Assembly (NCBI GenBank): GCA_964348765.1
Contig: CAYGEE010000003.1
Location: 1 to 46,057, forward strand
Origin: an uncultured Planctomycetales bacterium
GTDB lineage: Bacteria > Omnitrophota > Gorgyraeia > Zapsychrales > Zapsychraceae
Reading direction: 5' to 3'
Length of the DNA: 46,057 nucleotides
How positions within the stretch are numbered: position 1 is the first letter of the stretch; each line of letters opens with the position of its first letter. Below the pieces are notes generated by a model. It saw nothing but the letters and a program-made list of their open reading frames with translations, did no database searches and had not been told where the DNA came from. Of the stretch, positions 9,234-18,979 are shown piece after piece. The position numbers and the translations under genes were made by a program.

Positions 9234-9262
9234 TTGCGTTCATTTTTACCAAATGTTATAAA
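9234..9262 (+). promoter_or_regulatory. Candidate sigma70-type promoter for the plus-strand MBOAT operon
   Basis: TTGCGT (9234..9239), a 17-nt spacer, then TATAAA (9257..9262), about 70 nt upstream of ATG 9331. Sequence pattern only. Confidence 0.3.
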
Positions 9263-9330
9263 TAAAACCATTAAACAACACTAAATCTTCCTCCAACCTA
9301 TTGAAAAATAAAAGCTTACACTCGATATAA

Positions 9331-10719
9331 ATGCTTTTTAATTCCTATCAATTCCTTTTCCTGTTTCTCCCGATCACCTTCTTTGTTTTCTTTCTATTGG
9401 GAAACACCTTAAAACAAAAAACCGCGGCACGGATATTCCTGACACTTGCCGCCTTATTCTTTTATGGGAACTGGAACTGGAATTATCTGATCCTGATCCT
9501 AGGATTCATTGTCTTTAATTTTATCATCGGAACCTTGTTAAGCCGTCACCGTCAGTTTTGGCTGTTGATCATCGGGAACACTATCAACCTTGCCCTCTTA
9601 GGTTATTTCAAATACACCAATTTTGCCGTTGAAACCCTCAACAAATTTCACATCCCCGCAACCTGGCCGGAAGTTATGCTTCCGCTGGCTATTTCATTCT
9701 TCACGTTTCAACAGATCGGATTCCTCGTCGAATGCTATCGAGGGAATATCAAAAAATTCACTATTTTAGATCATGCCTGGCTTGTCACATTTTTTCCGCA
9801 TTTGATCGCCGGACCGATCGTCCAATTCAACGATGTCGTTCCGCAATTTAAAGACCCGAACGTGACAAGAATAAACACAAAAAACATCGCCCTAGGTTTA
9901 GCGATCTTCACTTTAGGATTATGTAAAAAAGTCCTTATAGCAGATCACCTTTCCAGCTGGGCCGGAGATCTCTTTAACAGCCCATATTCCGCAACCTTCT
10001 TTGACGCCTGGAAGGGCGTGCTGGCTTACACCTTCCAGATCTATTTTGACTTTTCCGGATATTCCGATATGGCCGTTGGGTTAGCAAGATTATTCAATAT
10101 CAATCTTTGCATAAACTTCAATTCACCCTATAAAGCCGTTAGCATTATTGATTTCTGGAGGCGCTGGCACATTTCCCTTTCTAGATTCCTCAGAGATTAT
10201 CTTTATTTTCCTCTCGGCGGTAATAAAAAAGGCCCGATCCGACGCTATGTCAATCTGATGATCGTTATGATCCTAGGCGGACTCTGGCATGGTGCCGGCT
10301 GGCGGTTCATGATATGGGGCGGCCTGCATGGAACATTTCTTTGCATCAATCACTTCTGGAACGATCACATCAAAAAACCGATCCACCCCATACTCGCGCA
10401 ACTCATAACATTCATCTGCGTTATTACAGCCTGGGTGTTCTTTCGAGCGCTTTCAGTCGGGCATGCGATCCATGTTATCAAAAAAATGTTCTTGATCGAT
10501 TTTTCAGAATTCACCCTTAACAATCTCTTAAAATATAGGTTCGCTTTCTTGATCCTATTCCTTATTTACGCGGCAACATTAAAGATCCCGGAAACGATAG
10601 CATTTGTTGATAATAAAATGAAATTTAAAACGATCTCAGCAATAATGATCGGACTCTTGTTCGGCCTTGCAATATTATTTATCCAAGGTCGAAGTGAATT
10701 CCTATATTTTAAATTTTAA
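9331..10719 (+). CDS. MBOAT family membrane-bound O-acyltransferase (AlgI/DltB/PatA-like)
   Basis: 462 aa, polytopic. MLFNSYQF N-terminus, plus WRRWHISLSRFLRDYLYFPLGG and GGLWHGAGW histidine motifs. Confidence 0.85.
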   Translation: MLFNSYQFLFLFLPITFFVFFLLGNTLKQKTAARIFLTLAALFFYGNWNWNYLILILGFIVFNFIIGTLLSRHRQFWLLIIGNTINLALLGYFKYTNFAVETLNKFHIPATWPEVMLPLAISFFTFQQIGFLVECYRGNIKKFTILDHAWLVTFFPHLIAGPIVQFNDVVPQFKDPNVTRINTKNIALGLAIFTLGLCKKVLIADHLSSWAGDLFNSPYSATFFDAWKGVLAYTFQIYFDFSGYSDMAVGLARLFNINLCINFNSPYKAVSIIDFWRRWHISLSRFLRDYLYFPLGGNKKGPIRRYVNLMIVMILGGLWHGAGWRFMIWGGLHGTFLCINHFWNDHIKKPIHPILAQLITFICVITAWVFFRALSVGHAIHVIKKMFLIDFSEFTLNNLLKYRFAFLILFLIYAATLKIPETIAFVDNKMKFKTISAIMIGLLFGLAILFIQGRSEFLYFKF

Positions 10720-10728
10720 GAAACTCAT

Positions 10729-11913
10729 ATGAACTATAAGAAATTTATCACCATCACTTTCATCAGCACTCTTTGCTTACTTATCCCTATCGCTTTATTT
10801 AATCGGTTTTTTGATTATTCAAATATTTTCAAGCCTAGAAAATTCTATGAAGAAGTGGCAAAGCGCTTGCGCCAGGGCTTTGACATCCTCAACTTTGACA
10901 ACTGCGACTACCATCTTCTACAGGAATCACTGATCAAAGACTACGATGTGCCGGATATTATGATCACAGGAAGCAGCCGTGTGAGAGGTATTTCCCAAAA
11001 ATCATTCAAGGAAAACACTTTTTTTAACCATTGGATCAGTGATGCGAATTGGGAAGACTATTTCTCTATTCTGGGTTGTTATCAATTTTATAAAAAGAAA
11101 TTACCTAAAACCATTATTATCAGCATCGACCCATGGATATTTAATCCCATGAAAGCTGAGAACAAATCAAACTCATTAAAACCTTTTGCCGAATTCTTTA
11201 CACAAAACCAAGGCTTCAGCAAAAATATTCCATTGTTAAACGACACAAAACTTTTCATAGGCCGGCTTAATATTTATAAAATGACCCAATTGATCAATTT
11301 AAGCATATTAACTTATAATTATTCTCATCTTAGAAAAGGTGAATCCATCTTTAAACCTTCTTACATCTCCAGCCAAAACTTTGACAAAACGATCACTGAA
11401 AACAATGTCATCTTTCACTCTGACGGATCGTCAACAGAACCTATCACCGTCAATGACACCCCAGAAAAATTGGATAATGCAATTGCCGCTTATTTCCGCG
11501 AAGGTCAACCCCTTTGGATAGGTAAAGATCTTCTTGATCAATTCATCAAATATACAAAATCCTTAAAACGCCAACAAAGCAAAATTTACTTTCTTTTGCT
11601 CCCCTATCATCCCGCCGCATATCAAAATCTTGCCAACAAACCTAGTAATCAGAACATCGTCCACATTGAAAACATAATCCGTAGCGTTGCCCAGGAAAAC
11701 GGCATTGATGTTCTTGGGTCCTATGATCCGCACCAAGTAGGCATCAAGGACAATCAATGGTTTTATGATGAAAACCATGTTCGCGCCAAGTATCTCAACC
11801 AATTATTCATCTCGATCTTTAAAAATCATAAACATGCTCAAAGTCTCAACGATAATAAACGTTCTGATTTACATCAAAGAAAAAATAATCCGGTTTCTAC
11901 GATCAATTATTAA
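10729..11913 (+). CDS. Membrane-anchored SGNH/DltD-like partner protein of the MBOAT acyltransferase
   Basis: 394 aa. Single N-terminal TM, candidate nucleophile motif ITGSSRV and C-terminal DENH (DxxH). Starts 9 nt after the MBOAT stop. Confidence 0.5.
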   Translation: MNYKKFITITFISTLCLLIPIALFNRFFDYSNIFKPRKFYEEVAKRLRQGFDILNFDNCDYHLLQESLIKDYDVPDIMITGSSRVRGISQKSFKENTFFNHWISDANWEDYFSILGCYQFYKKKLPKTIIISIDPWIFNPMKAENKSNSLKPFAEFFTQNQGFSKNIPLLNDTKLFIGRLNIYKMTQLINLSILTYNYSHLRKGESIFKPSYISSQNFDKTITENNVIFHSDGSSTEPITVNDTPEKLDNAIAAYFREGQPLWIGKDLLDQFIKYTKSLKRQQSKIYFLLLPYHPAAYQNLANKPSNQNIVHIENIIRSVAQENGIDVLGSYDPHQVGIKDNQWFYDENHVRAKYLNQLFISIFKNHKHAQSLNDNKRSDLHQRKNNPVSTINY

Positions 11914-11985
11914 TAAAACCCTTGTCTTAAAATTATTCAAATGCTATAACTTAATTCATTCAACCATTTACAAAACTACAATAAA

Positions 11986-13179
11986 ATGAAACTTTCGATC
12001 ATCATTCCAGCCTATAACGAAGAGCAATCCATTGCTTCGATCATTGAGCGGACATTGGCTGCCCGATCGGTTATCACAGCCAAAACACCGATCACATCCG
12101 TTGAAGTGATCATAGTTAACGATGGCTCCAAGGACAAAACCCCCGACATCGCCAAAGGCTATAAAGACATCACTCTTATCACATATCAAAAGAACAAAGG
12201 CTACGGCGCGGCCATAAAATTAGGATTCGCGCAAGCACACGGTGATCTTCTCGGATTTCTCGATGCTGACGGCACATGCGACCCTCTCTTTTTTGTAACA
12301 CTTATCAACTCGCTGCTGAAAAAAAATGCTGACATCGCCATTGGTTCACGATTAGGCCCTGAAAGCAAAATGCCCAAGATCCGAAGAATCGGCAACAAGA
12401 TCTATGCGGTCATAATCAACTTTCTGGCTAATGTCACGATCACAGACAGCGCCAGCGGTATGCGGATCATAAAACAAAGCACTCTTCATAAACTTTATCC
12501 GCTCCCTGATGGATTGCATTTCACACCGGCTATGAGCTGTAAAGCGTTGATGAACCATGAACTAAAGATCATTGAAGAACCCATGTCCTACCAAGAACGT
12601 GAAGGCCGATCAAAACTCAATATCATCAACGACGGTATTCGTTTTCTTAAGACGATAGCAGAAGTTGCTCTCTACTACAAACCACTCAAGGTCTTTTTTA
12701 CCAGCGGCATGGTACTCATTGTAATATCTTTTTTATATTCTCTTTACCCTATCTTCTTTTATCTCAAACATCATAGGATCGAAGAATGGTTTATTTATCG
12801 ATTGATCAGCATCCTGGTCTTCTCTCTCGTCGGCTTGAATTTTATCGTTTTTGGCCTCTTTGCTGATAAATTCGTAGCGATCATCAATAATCAAGAAAGC
12901 GCAATCGACCGTATCAACAATAAACTGTTCTGCTGGATCCTTGAGCCATGGAATATCTTTAAGATCGGACTGTTTATTTCATTCTTGGGAATCGCACTCA
13001 ACATCAAAACAATCCATCAATACATAACTTTGGGGCATATCTATGTCCATTGGGTTTATGTCCTCACAGGAGCTGTTCTCATCCTAAGCGGCATGGTTGT
13101 CTTTACGTTTGGATTCCTCCACAAGATCCTCGACATGTACAAAGAACGCCGAGACTATTTAAATCAATCCCATAAATAA
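11986..13179 (+). CDS. GT2 glycosyltransferase, polyprenol-phosphate sugar synthase type (GtrB/DPM1-like) with C-terminal TM helices
   Basis: 397 aa. IIIPAYNEE, VNDGSKDKT and LDADGT motifs; hydrophobic C-terminal ~170 aa. Confidence 0.75.
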   Translation: MKLSIIIPAYNEEQSIASIIERTLAARSVITAKTPITSVEVIIVNDGSKDKTPDIAKGYKDITLITYQKNKGYGAAIKLGFAQAHGDLLGFLDADGTCDPLFFVTLINSLLKKNADIAIGSRLGPESKMPKIRRIGNKIYAVIINFLANVTITDSASGMRIIKQSTLHKLYPLPDGLHFTPAMSCKALMNHELKIIEEPMSYQEREGRSKLNIINDGIRFLKTIAEVALYYKPLKVFFTSGMVLIVISFLYSLYPIFFYLKHHRIEEWFIYRLISILVFSLVGLNFIVFGLFADKFVAIINNQESAIDRINNKLFCWILEPWNIFKIGLFISFLGIALNIKTIHQYITLGHIYVHWVYVLTGAVLILSGMVVFTFGFLHKILDMYKERRDYLNQSHK

Positions 13180-13249
13180 TTTTCTGACTGTTTTGACCGG
13201 CAGGAAGTTTTGCAGATTTTTACCACCCAGGAAATTCAGGTTAAGAGAT

Positions 13250-13837
13250 CTATTCCCAGCGATGAAGATTGTCTATTTTTGAACAAATAGCATCAAAAAC
13301 AATTTTTTCTTTCTGAAAATATTTCTTATATTTCTCAATATCCTGCTCCCGTCCCAAAAGATCAGGGCTTGTTAAACAAAGCTTGAACTGATTCTTTTTT
13401 AAGATCCTATAATCTTTTTGAGTCAATGGCACTTTCGTAAAACAATCAACCCAAACCCACTGAACTTTCTTCTTTAGAGCTAAAACCGTATTCAAAGATT
13501 CTATCTCGGAGAATCTCACGGCAATATTTCTCACTCTCTTTTTGGTCAACGCATAGATCATCGGGAATGACGAATCCAGAAAGAAATAATTCTTGATCCG
13601 GTATTTCTTAAGCAATTCCAACACGCGATACTCGATCCGTTCGCTTTTTATATTTAAGACCAAAAATTGATGCTTAAAATATTTCAAATATCTCTCAAAA
13701 TCATCTCCGTTGGAGAAAGGGTCATGCGCAAGGACCAACCGATCGTGATAATCCCTCAGATCAACTTCCACCCCAAGATTCCTTGGGATTTTCTTTAACG
13801 ATTCAACAGAATTAATTCGGTGCGCAATAAAGTACAT
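13250..13837 (-). CDS. Small PLC-like / glycerophosphodiester phosphodiesterase (GDPD)-like protein (tentative)
   Basis: 195 aa. AHRINS...GVEVDLRD...LAHD resembles the HR..E.D..HD catalytic pattern. Abuts the upstream stop (TAAATG). Confidence 0.4.
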   Translation of the reverse strand: MYFIAHRINSVESLKKIPRNLGVEVDLRDYHDRLVLAHDPFSNGDDFERYLKYFKHQFLVLNIKSERIEYRVLELLKKYRIKNYFFLDSSFPMIYALTKKRVRNIAVRFSEIESLNTVLALKKKVQWVWVDCFTKVPLTQKDYRILKKNQFKLCLTSPDLLGREQDIEKYKKYFQKEKIVFDAICSKIDNLHRWE

Positions 13838-15991
13838 TTAAAATAACCTCGCAAAAGACGCTGTCTTCTCAACTTCAAGGATCATGATCGAAGAATTCCT
13901 ATAGACCGTCCGAGTAATATTCTCCAGATCCTTTGAAGGTTTATCCCCATTCTCCAGAACAACATAATCGATATGAGCAATCTCAAGAAAATCACTCAAC
14001 CACGCCTTTGAAACCGGTAAAGAATCGACTAAAGACTTAAAGCTTTCATTAACTTCCCTGACCCGATAATACCATGTTAATCCGGAATCAAAGTGAAGAA
14101 CTTTTAAAAGATCCAACTTTTTATCGTCTTTTTTATTAAATCCTAAAAGAAATCCCGTCTCAAAGATATTATCATTTTGATAAAAAATTCCCAATCCTTT
14201 CAAGGATTTTGCGCTGGATACGACGAAATTCTTATAAAAATGGATATCCCTGGCAAAGCGCAAAGGAAAATCTTTTTCCATCGCGATCCCTTTATATTTA
14301 AAATTCTCACAATACATCTGGCGTCCGCTAAGTGCTGATCGAACGAACATCGTGTCCGGCCACCAATTATCATCCAACGACTTCTTTTCATAATGTTTGC
14401 CAAAAAGAACAACACTCTCTTTTTCTGTATGCTCTCTCAACCAGCTGTAAGCTGATATCAGATCACTCGATAATTGCGGCTCCAAGTCTTTTTCAGCCAG
14501 CTTCATTCTTTGAGAGATCGCTCGCGTCAGATCGTTTTGGATCTTAGATCGCTTTACAGCGCATCCCAACAAGTATTTGGCAGTTAAAATATACCTCGCG
14601 TAAGTATTTGAAATAAATGATGCCGCCATCACTGCAATAAACAATCCCAATAACAACTTCCCTATCAAGCCTTGACTTTTCTCAAGGATCTTTTGGATCC
14701 AATACCAAAATATGATCACAGTAGCAAAATACGACGCAATAAGGAATTGAACACTGTTAGCTTCCGTTACTTCTGTCAATAACGCCGCCAACAAGACACC
14801 TGACAATGATACTGATGCGATCGCCAAGAAAACATCCGACTTATTATTCTTAAAATAAACAACAACGGATCCCGCCGCCAGCATTAAAGGCAGGACTAAT
14901 GTCAGCCACGCATAAGATTTAAATGAAGTGATCGCCGTATACAGGACTGTCGGAAAAACGATCCAATGATTATGCTGATGAGCACCGGAAAGAAATGTTT
15001 TATACAAAACCACAAAAACGATCGACAAACTGATCACAACTGGAAAACCTTTGCGAAATTCCATCTTGCGAAGATAAAACAAACCGATGCCTCCCAACAA
15101 GACAACAAAAAAACTTGCCTTGATTAAAATAAGCGTTGCCGCGCTTAAAACCAGCAACCATCTTTTATCTTGTATCAAACAATAGATCGCGACCACAATG
15201 ATCATCACCCCTAAAACATAAGACATCCCCGCGGCCGTACACACATACAAACTCTTAAATTCAAAATCGACCGAAAGATATAACGGAAGAAAAAATAAGA
15301 TAAAAGCCGGAATTTTCAATGTTGATTGTTTTTTAAAGAATGTAATGATAAGAACAGCCAAACATAAAGTCGACAATAGCGGTGTGAAGAAATAAACTGA
15401 ATCCAAGATCGATACATGTAAAACGTATGATAAATAGGATGGGATTTGCGTACTTAAGAAATGATATTTGATGCCTTTTCCGCTATAGGACAGATCGGGC
15501 GGATGAAAGATCGAGATCGAATAAGAATTCCCGATCGAAAGTTCATACAAAGGATGCAGTGGATCATAAGGAAAAAAACCTTTATTGATCCACAACCCCA
15601 TGGGAATAACAAGTAACAGCAAAAAAGTCCACATCAAAATATCTTGGGCCGGCAACAACCTTATCGTGATCCAACATTGCCCTAATTGTTCGGAGGACTT
15701 CTTTAGATCTGACAAAAGAACGATACAAGCTCCTAACAAAAGCATGCCCGTTGCAAGCATTTGATAACAAGACGGCAAAAAAGAAACAGCTAACAGAGCC
15801 CAAATAAAAAAGAACATACTGGTGATCACGTCTTTAAGAATCACATTTAAAGCAGCCAAAATAACCGATAACCCCAAGATCAAAAGACAGGAATTAACAA
15901 CAAACGATAACCCCTGGATAAAGAATACCGCTAAAAGAAAAAAACCTAAAGAGCCCCCGATCAACAGATCTTTTTTATCAAACGCCATCAC
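13838..15991 (-). CDS. Large polytopic membrane protein with soluble C-terminal domain; putative GT-C-type glycosyltransferase or polymerase
   Basis: 717 aa. Many hydrophobic helices over the first ~480 aa, then a ~230-aa hydrophilic domain. No catalytic motif recognised. GTG 15991 or ATG 15988 start. Confidence 0.35.
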   Translation of the reverse strand: MMAFDKKDLLIGGSLGFFLLAVFFIQGLSFVVNSCLLILGLSVILAALNVILKDVITSMFFFIWALLAVSFLPSCYQMLATGMLLLGACIVLLSDLKKSSEQLGQCWITIRLLPAQDILMWTFLLLLVIPMGLWINKGFFPYDPLHPLYELSIGNSYSISIFHPPDLSYSGKGIKYHFLSTQIPSYLSYVLHVSILDSVYFFTPLLSTLCLAVLIITFFKKQSTLKIPAFILFFLPLYLSVDFEFKSLYVCTAAGMSYVLGVMIIVVAIYCLIQDKRWLLVLSAATLILIKASFFVVLLGGIGLFYLRKMEFRKGFPVVISLSIVFVVLYKTFLSGAHQHNHWIVFPTVLYTAITSFKSYAWLTLVLPLMLAAGSVVVYFKNNKSDVFLAIASVSLSGVLLAALLTEVTEANSVQFLIASYFATVIIFWYWIQKILEKSQGLIGKLLLGLFIAVMAASFISNTYARYILTAKYLLGCAVKRSKIQNDLTRAISQRMKLAEKDLEPQLSSDLISAYSWLREHTEKESVVLFGKHYEKKSLDDNWWPDTMFVRSALSGRQMYCENFKYKGIAMEKDFPLRFARDIHFYKNFVVSSAKSLKGLGIFYQNDNIFETGFLLGFNKKDDKKLDLLKVLHFDSGLTWYYRVREVNESFKSLVDSLPVSKAWLSDFLEIAHIDYVVLENGDKPSKDLENITRTVYRNSSIMILEVEKTASFARLF

Positions 15992-17070
15992 GCATTTTCT
16001 TTCTCTTGACCATTAGGATGGACCATCGCCTTGAGACACACCGGCCTATGATCCTTTTTCTTTTGAAGCTTTCGACTGCAAAGCTCCTGAAACATTTCGT
16101 TCGAATCTTTTAAACTAACATAATGAGTTATCCACTTATCAGCATCGGCATCTTTCCGCAAGAATTCTAACGCAACTTTCCAATCATCCTGCTGATGCTT
16201 AAATCGTGAATTCCAACAACCATGGATCACGATCTCCCGCCTTAAAATAGAACTCACAGCTTTTCTTGGGATCGTCAAGTCCCCATCAATATTCCCAACC
16301 CAAATAACATTGCCATGACTGCAGACAACCTCAAGAGAACTTTGATACGTCAATGCAGATCCGCACACTTCAAAAACATGCTGACATCCCCCTTTAGTTT
16401 CCGAGATCACTCTTTTGGCCCAATCGTGATCTTTCTGTGAATTGATCGTTCTGACGCCATCTTTTCTAGCAAACATCAACTTTTCATCATTGCGGTCAAC
16501 AAGATAAATATTCTTAGCTTTTAAAGATCCCAATAAATATTTTGTCATGCTAAGCCCGATCAATCCCGCGCCAATAACAAGGACACGATCCTCTTTTTTG
16601 ATCTTGATCTTCTTGACCGCATGGATACCAACGGAGACAGGTTCTAAAAGAGCAGCTTTATCAAGGGAAAGATCTTTCGGGATCTTAAAAAGATTCCATG
16701 CTTTTACCGCCAGAAACTGAGCAAACGCTCCATCCCGCCGTGAACCATAATAATCATATTGCAAACATTGTGCATATTCCTGTTTCTTACAATTGACGCA
16801 TTTTTGACAGGGGATCAAAGGAAAAACAGCGACACGATCCCCTTTTTTAAAGCCTCTGACGCCCGTTCCCGTTTGAGCGATCACACCTGCAAATTCATGT
16901 CCCATGATCAAAGGATAATGATATGCACCATGATCAAAACCACGATAAATATCCGAACTGCAGATGCCGGCACTTTTGACCTCAACGAGGCATTCATCAG
17001 CCTTAACTTGCGGATCCGCAACGTCCTTATAGTTTAAAAAACCATTTTTCTCTAATACGAGAGCCTTCAT
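15988..17070 (-). CDS. Zinc-dependent medium-chain alcohol/polyol(-phosphate) dehydrogenase
   Basis: Motifs GICSSD, GHEFAGVI, CxxCxxC (CQKCVNCKK) structural-zinc loop, VIGAGLIGL. I prefer ATG 17070 (AAGGGGTGAGA upstream) over the track's GTG 17076. Confidence 0.8.
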   Translation of the reverse strand: MKALVLEKNGFLNYKDVADPQVKADECLVEVKSAGICSSDIYRGFDHGAYHYPLIMGHEFAGVIAQTGTGVRGFKKGDRVAVFPLIPCQKCVNCKKQEYAQCLQYDYYGSRRDGAFAQFLAVKAWNLFKIPKDLSLDKAALLEPVSVGIHAVKKIKIKKEDRVLVIGAGLIGLSMTKYLLGSLKAKNIYLVDRNDEKLMFARKDGVRTINSQKDHDWAKRVISETKGGCQHVFEVCGSALTYQSSLEVVCSHGNVIWVGNIDGDLTIPRKAVSSILRREIVIHGCWNSRFKHQQDDWKVALEFLRKDADADKWITHYVSLKDSNEMFQELCSRKLQKKKDHRPVCLKAMVHPNGQEKENA

Positions 17071-17072
17071 TC

Positions 17073-18176
17073 TCACCCCTTAAAAACCCAAAATTTTGAT
17101 CCTATAAAATTAATGACCGTACTGACACCGATCGCAATGATCTGCGATATCTCAGGAATGACCTTGCACTGTTCCGTCAAAAGAGTGATCGTCAAAAGAT
17201 TTGCACCCAAAGAGAAGAAATTCAACAATGTGAATCTTATCAAATGATACCGCCTTTGACCAGATGAGATTGAGAAAGTCCAAGAACGATTAACAAAAAA
17301 TCCCGTCACAAATCCAGCCAAGAATCCACTGACCGAACTCACAGAATAATGAGCATGCCACAAATGCAGCATCAAAAAGAAAAGCCCATAATTAACCGCA
17401 TTCGTCAAAACCCCTGCACACAAGAAGCGCACTCCTTGTTTCAAAAGATTCTTGGGTTCTTCAAAGTGCGCCCGAGCTATTTTAAAGATATTCATCAAAT
17501 ATTTAAGAATGGTCCTAATCTTCCTCAGAGAACTTGTAGCCCATTTTGATTCACCATGGATCCTTTGTCCAAAATCAACGGGAAATGTTATTAATTTCAA
17601 TCCTTTCATCTGTGCAACATACATCACGTAAACATCGAATGAAAAATCCTCCGGCGCAGCAATAAGATCAGCCAGCAATCTTTTTGAGAACATTTTCGGC
17701 TGGCCGTTAATATCATCCATTTTATATCCCAGAATGATCTCAACAACCTTTGCCAAAGCTTTCGTTAAGAAAAGATCTTTCTCCCTACGATTGATCCGCA
17801 ACCCCTTGATCAAAACCTTTTCAATATCCAATTGCTGTTCTTTTAAAAGAAAAAACGCTTTAAAAAGATCCTCCGGCGGAGTTTGAATATCCGCATGACT
17901 ATAGGAAAGGATCGGAGCTTGAGCCGCTTTTAGTCCTTTGAAAATACCGTGGCCATAACCCATATTGGTCTTGATCGAAACAACTTTTACAAAAACATGC
18001 TTCGATGATTCAGCCAAAAGGACATCCGCAGAATTATCCGTAGAACCATTATCCACTAAAATAAGCTCAAAATTTACTTTCGGCCAGAATTTGGATAAAC
18101 GCTCAACGATAAGCGGGATGTTTTTCGCTTCGTTATAACAGGGAAGGACAATGGATATTTCCGGCTTAAGTTTCAT
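17073..18176 (-). CDS. GT2 polyprenol-phosphate glycosyltransferase (GtrB/ArnC/CsbB-like) fused to a C-terminal GtrA-like 4-TM domain
   Basis: 367 aa. SIVLPCYNEA and VDNGSTDNS; C-terminal VRFLCAGVLTNAVNYGLFF...GSKFWVF is typical of GtrA-family proteins. ATGA overlaps at both ends. Confidence 0.75.
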   Translation of the reverse strand: MKLKPEISIVLPCYNEAKNIPLIVERLSKFWPKVNFELILVDNGSTDNSADVLLAESSKHVFVKVVSIKTNMGYGHGIFKGLKAAQAPILSYSHADIQTPPEDLFKAFFLLKEQQLDIEKVLIKGLRINRREKDLFLTKALAKVVEIILGYKMDDINGQPKMFSKRLLADLIAAPEDFSFDVYVMYVAQMKGLKLITFPVDFGQRIHGESKWATSSLRKIRTILKYLMNIFKIARAHFEEPKNLLKQGVRFLCAGVLTNAVNYGLFFLMLHLWHAHYSVSSVSGFLAGFVTGFFVNRSWTFSISSGQRRYHLIRFTLLNFFSLGANLLTITLLTEQCKVIPEISQIIAIGVSTVINFIGSKFWVFKG

Positions 18177-18979
18177 GACATACTTCGGCTTTTATATCCG
18201 TAATTCATCGAATACGGATGATCTTCCAATTGATCAAAATATTCCTGCCAATAATGCGCACTGGCCAACTCAAAAGGTGTCCCGAATGAAATAAATTTAT
18301 CGATCTCAAAAGCGACCACTCGACAACCTTGCTCGATAAGCTGGTTGATACTTGTCCCCACATAAAATTCATTGTTCACGCGAATATTCTTTTTGATCAT
18401 TTCTTTAGCACCCTTTACAAAAAGCTCAGAATTGCGATATGTGAACGATCCCACAACCGCAGGATCATTAAAAGGGTCATCACTGATCGTTCTCTTCTCG
18501 ACGACCTCAATGACCCTCTCTCCATCCATCCGGCAATACGCAAACGCCTTCGGGTCAGCCTTTTTGATCGTTCCGATCTTAAATGTCCAAATGATCACAT
18601 CAACTGTCTTGTCATTAAGAAGCTTCTGATACTTTTTCTCATCATAGATCATTTGATAATCGCAGGATGCAATAAAAAGGCCTTCATCTTTTTTAAAATA
18701 TTTCTCGGCAAGAAGACACGTGCAAGCTTGGCCTTGTGTGACTTCATCTAAAACGATGAATTCACTATTCTTAACTGCATTACCAAAAATATTCTGCGGG
18801 CTGAATTTCTGCAAATGTTCTTTCAAGCAAATAAAAACATACTTATCCGCTCTTGGAAATGATTTGATCGCCATCTGGAACATAGGCGATCCCAGCGTTG
18901 GAATAAACGGCTTCGGAAGTTTATATTTCTCCTGAAAAAAACGATTTCCTCGCCCGGCCATGGGGATCAGATTAATCAT
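18173..18979 (-). CDS. Sugar/polyol-phosphate nucleotidyltransferase family protein
   Basis: 268 aa. N-terminal LIPMAGRGNRF...LPKPFI signature. Clear paralog of the next gene (shared IPMAG, PKPFI, FICL, CD, F(I/C)xxGTPxxL, W.EY). Confidence 0.65.
   Translation of the reverse strand: MINLIPMAGRGNRFFQEKYKLPKPFIPTLGSPMFQMAIKSFPRADKYVFICLKEHLQKFSPQNIFGNAVKNSEFIVLDEVTQGQACTCLLAEKYFKKDEGLFIASCDYQMIYDEKKYQKLLNDKTVDVIIWTFKIGTIKKADPKAFAYCRMDGERVIEVVEKRTISDDPFNDPAVVGSFTYRNSELFVKGAKEMIKKNIRVNNEFYVGTSINQLIEQGCRVVAFEIDKFISFGTPFELASAHYWQEYFDQLEDHPYSMNYGYKSRSMS

Noticed and set aside
9331-13179. The plus-strand 3-gene island as a horizontally inserted cassette
   Set aside because: It has no flanking direct or inverted repeats, no integrase, and no composition shift that I could see by eye. 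The gene functions fit the surrounding locus.
13180-13249. Bidirectional intrinsic terminator between the convergent genes
   Set aside because: I could not find a convincing GC-rich stem followed by a T-tract in this 70-nt spacer.
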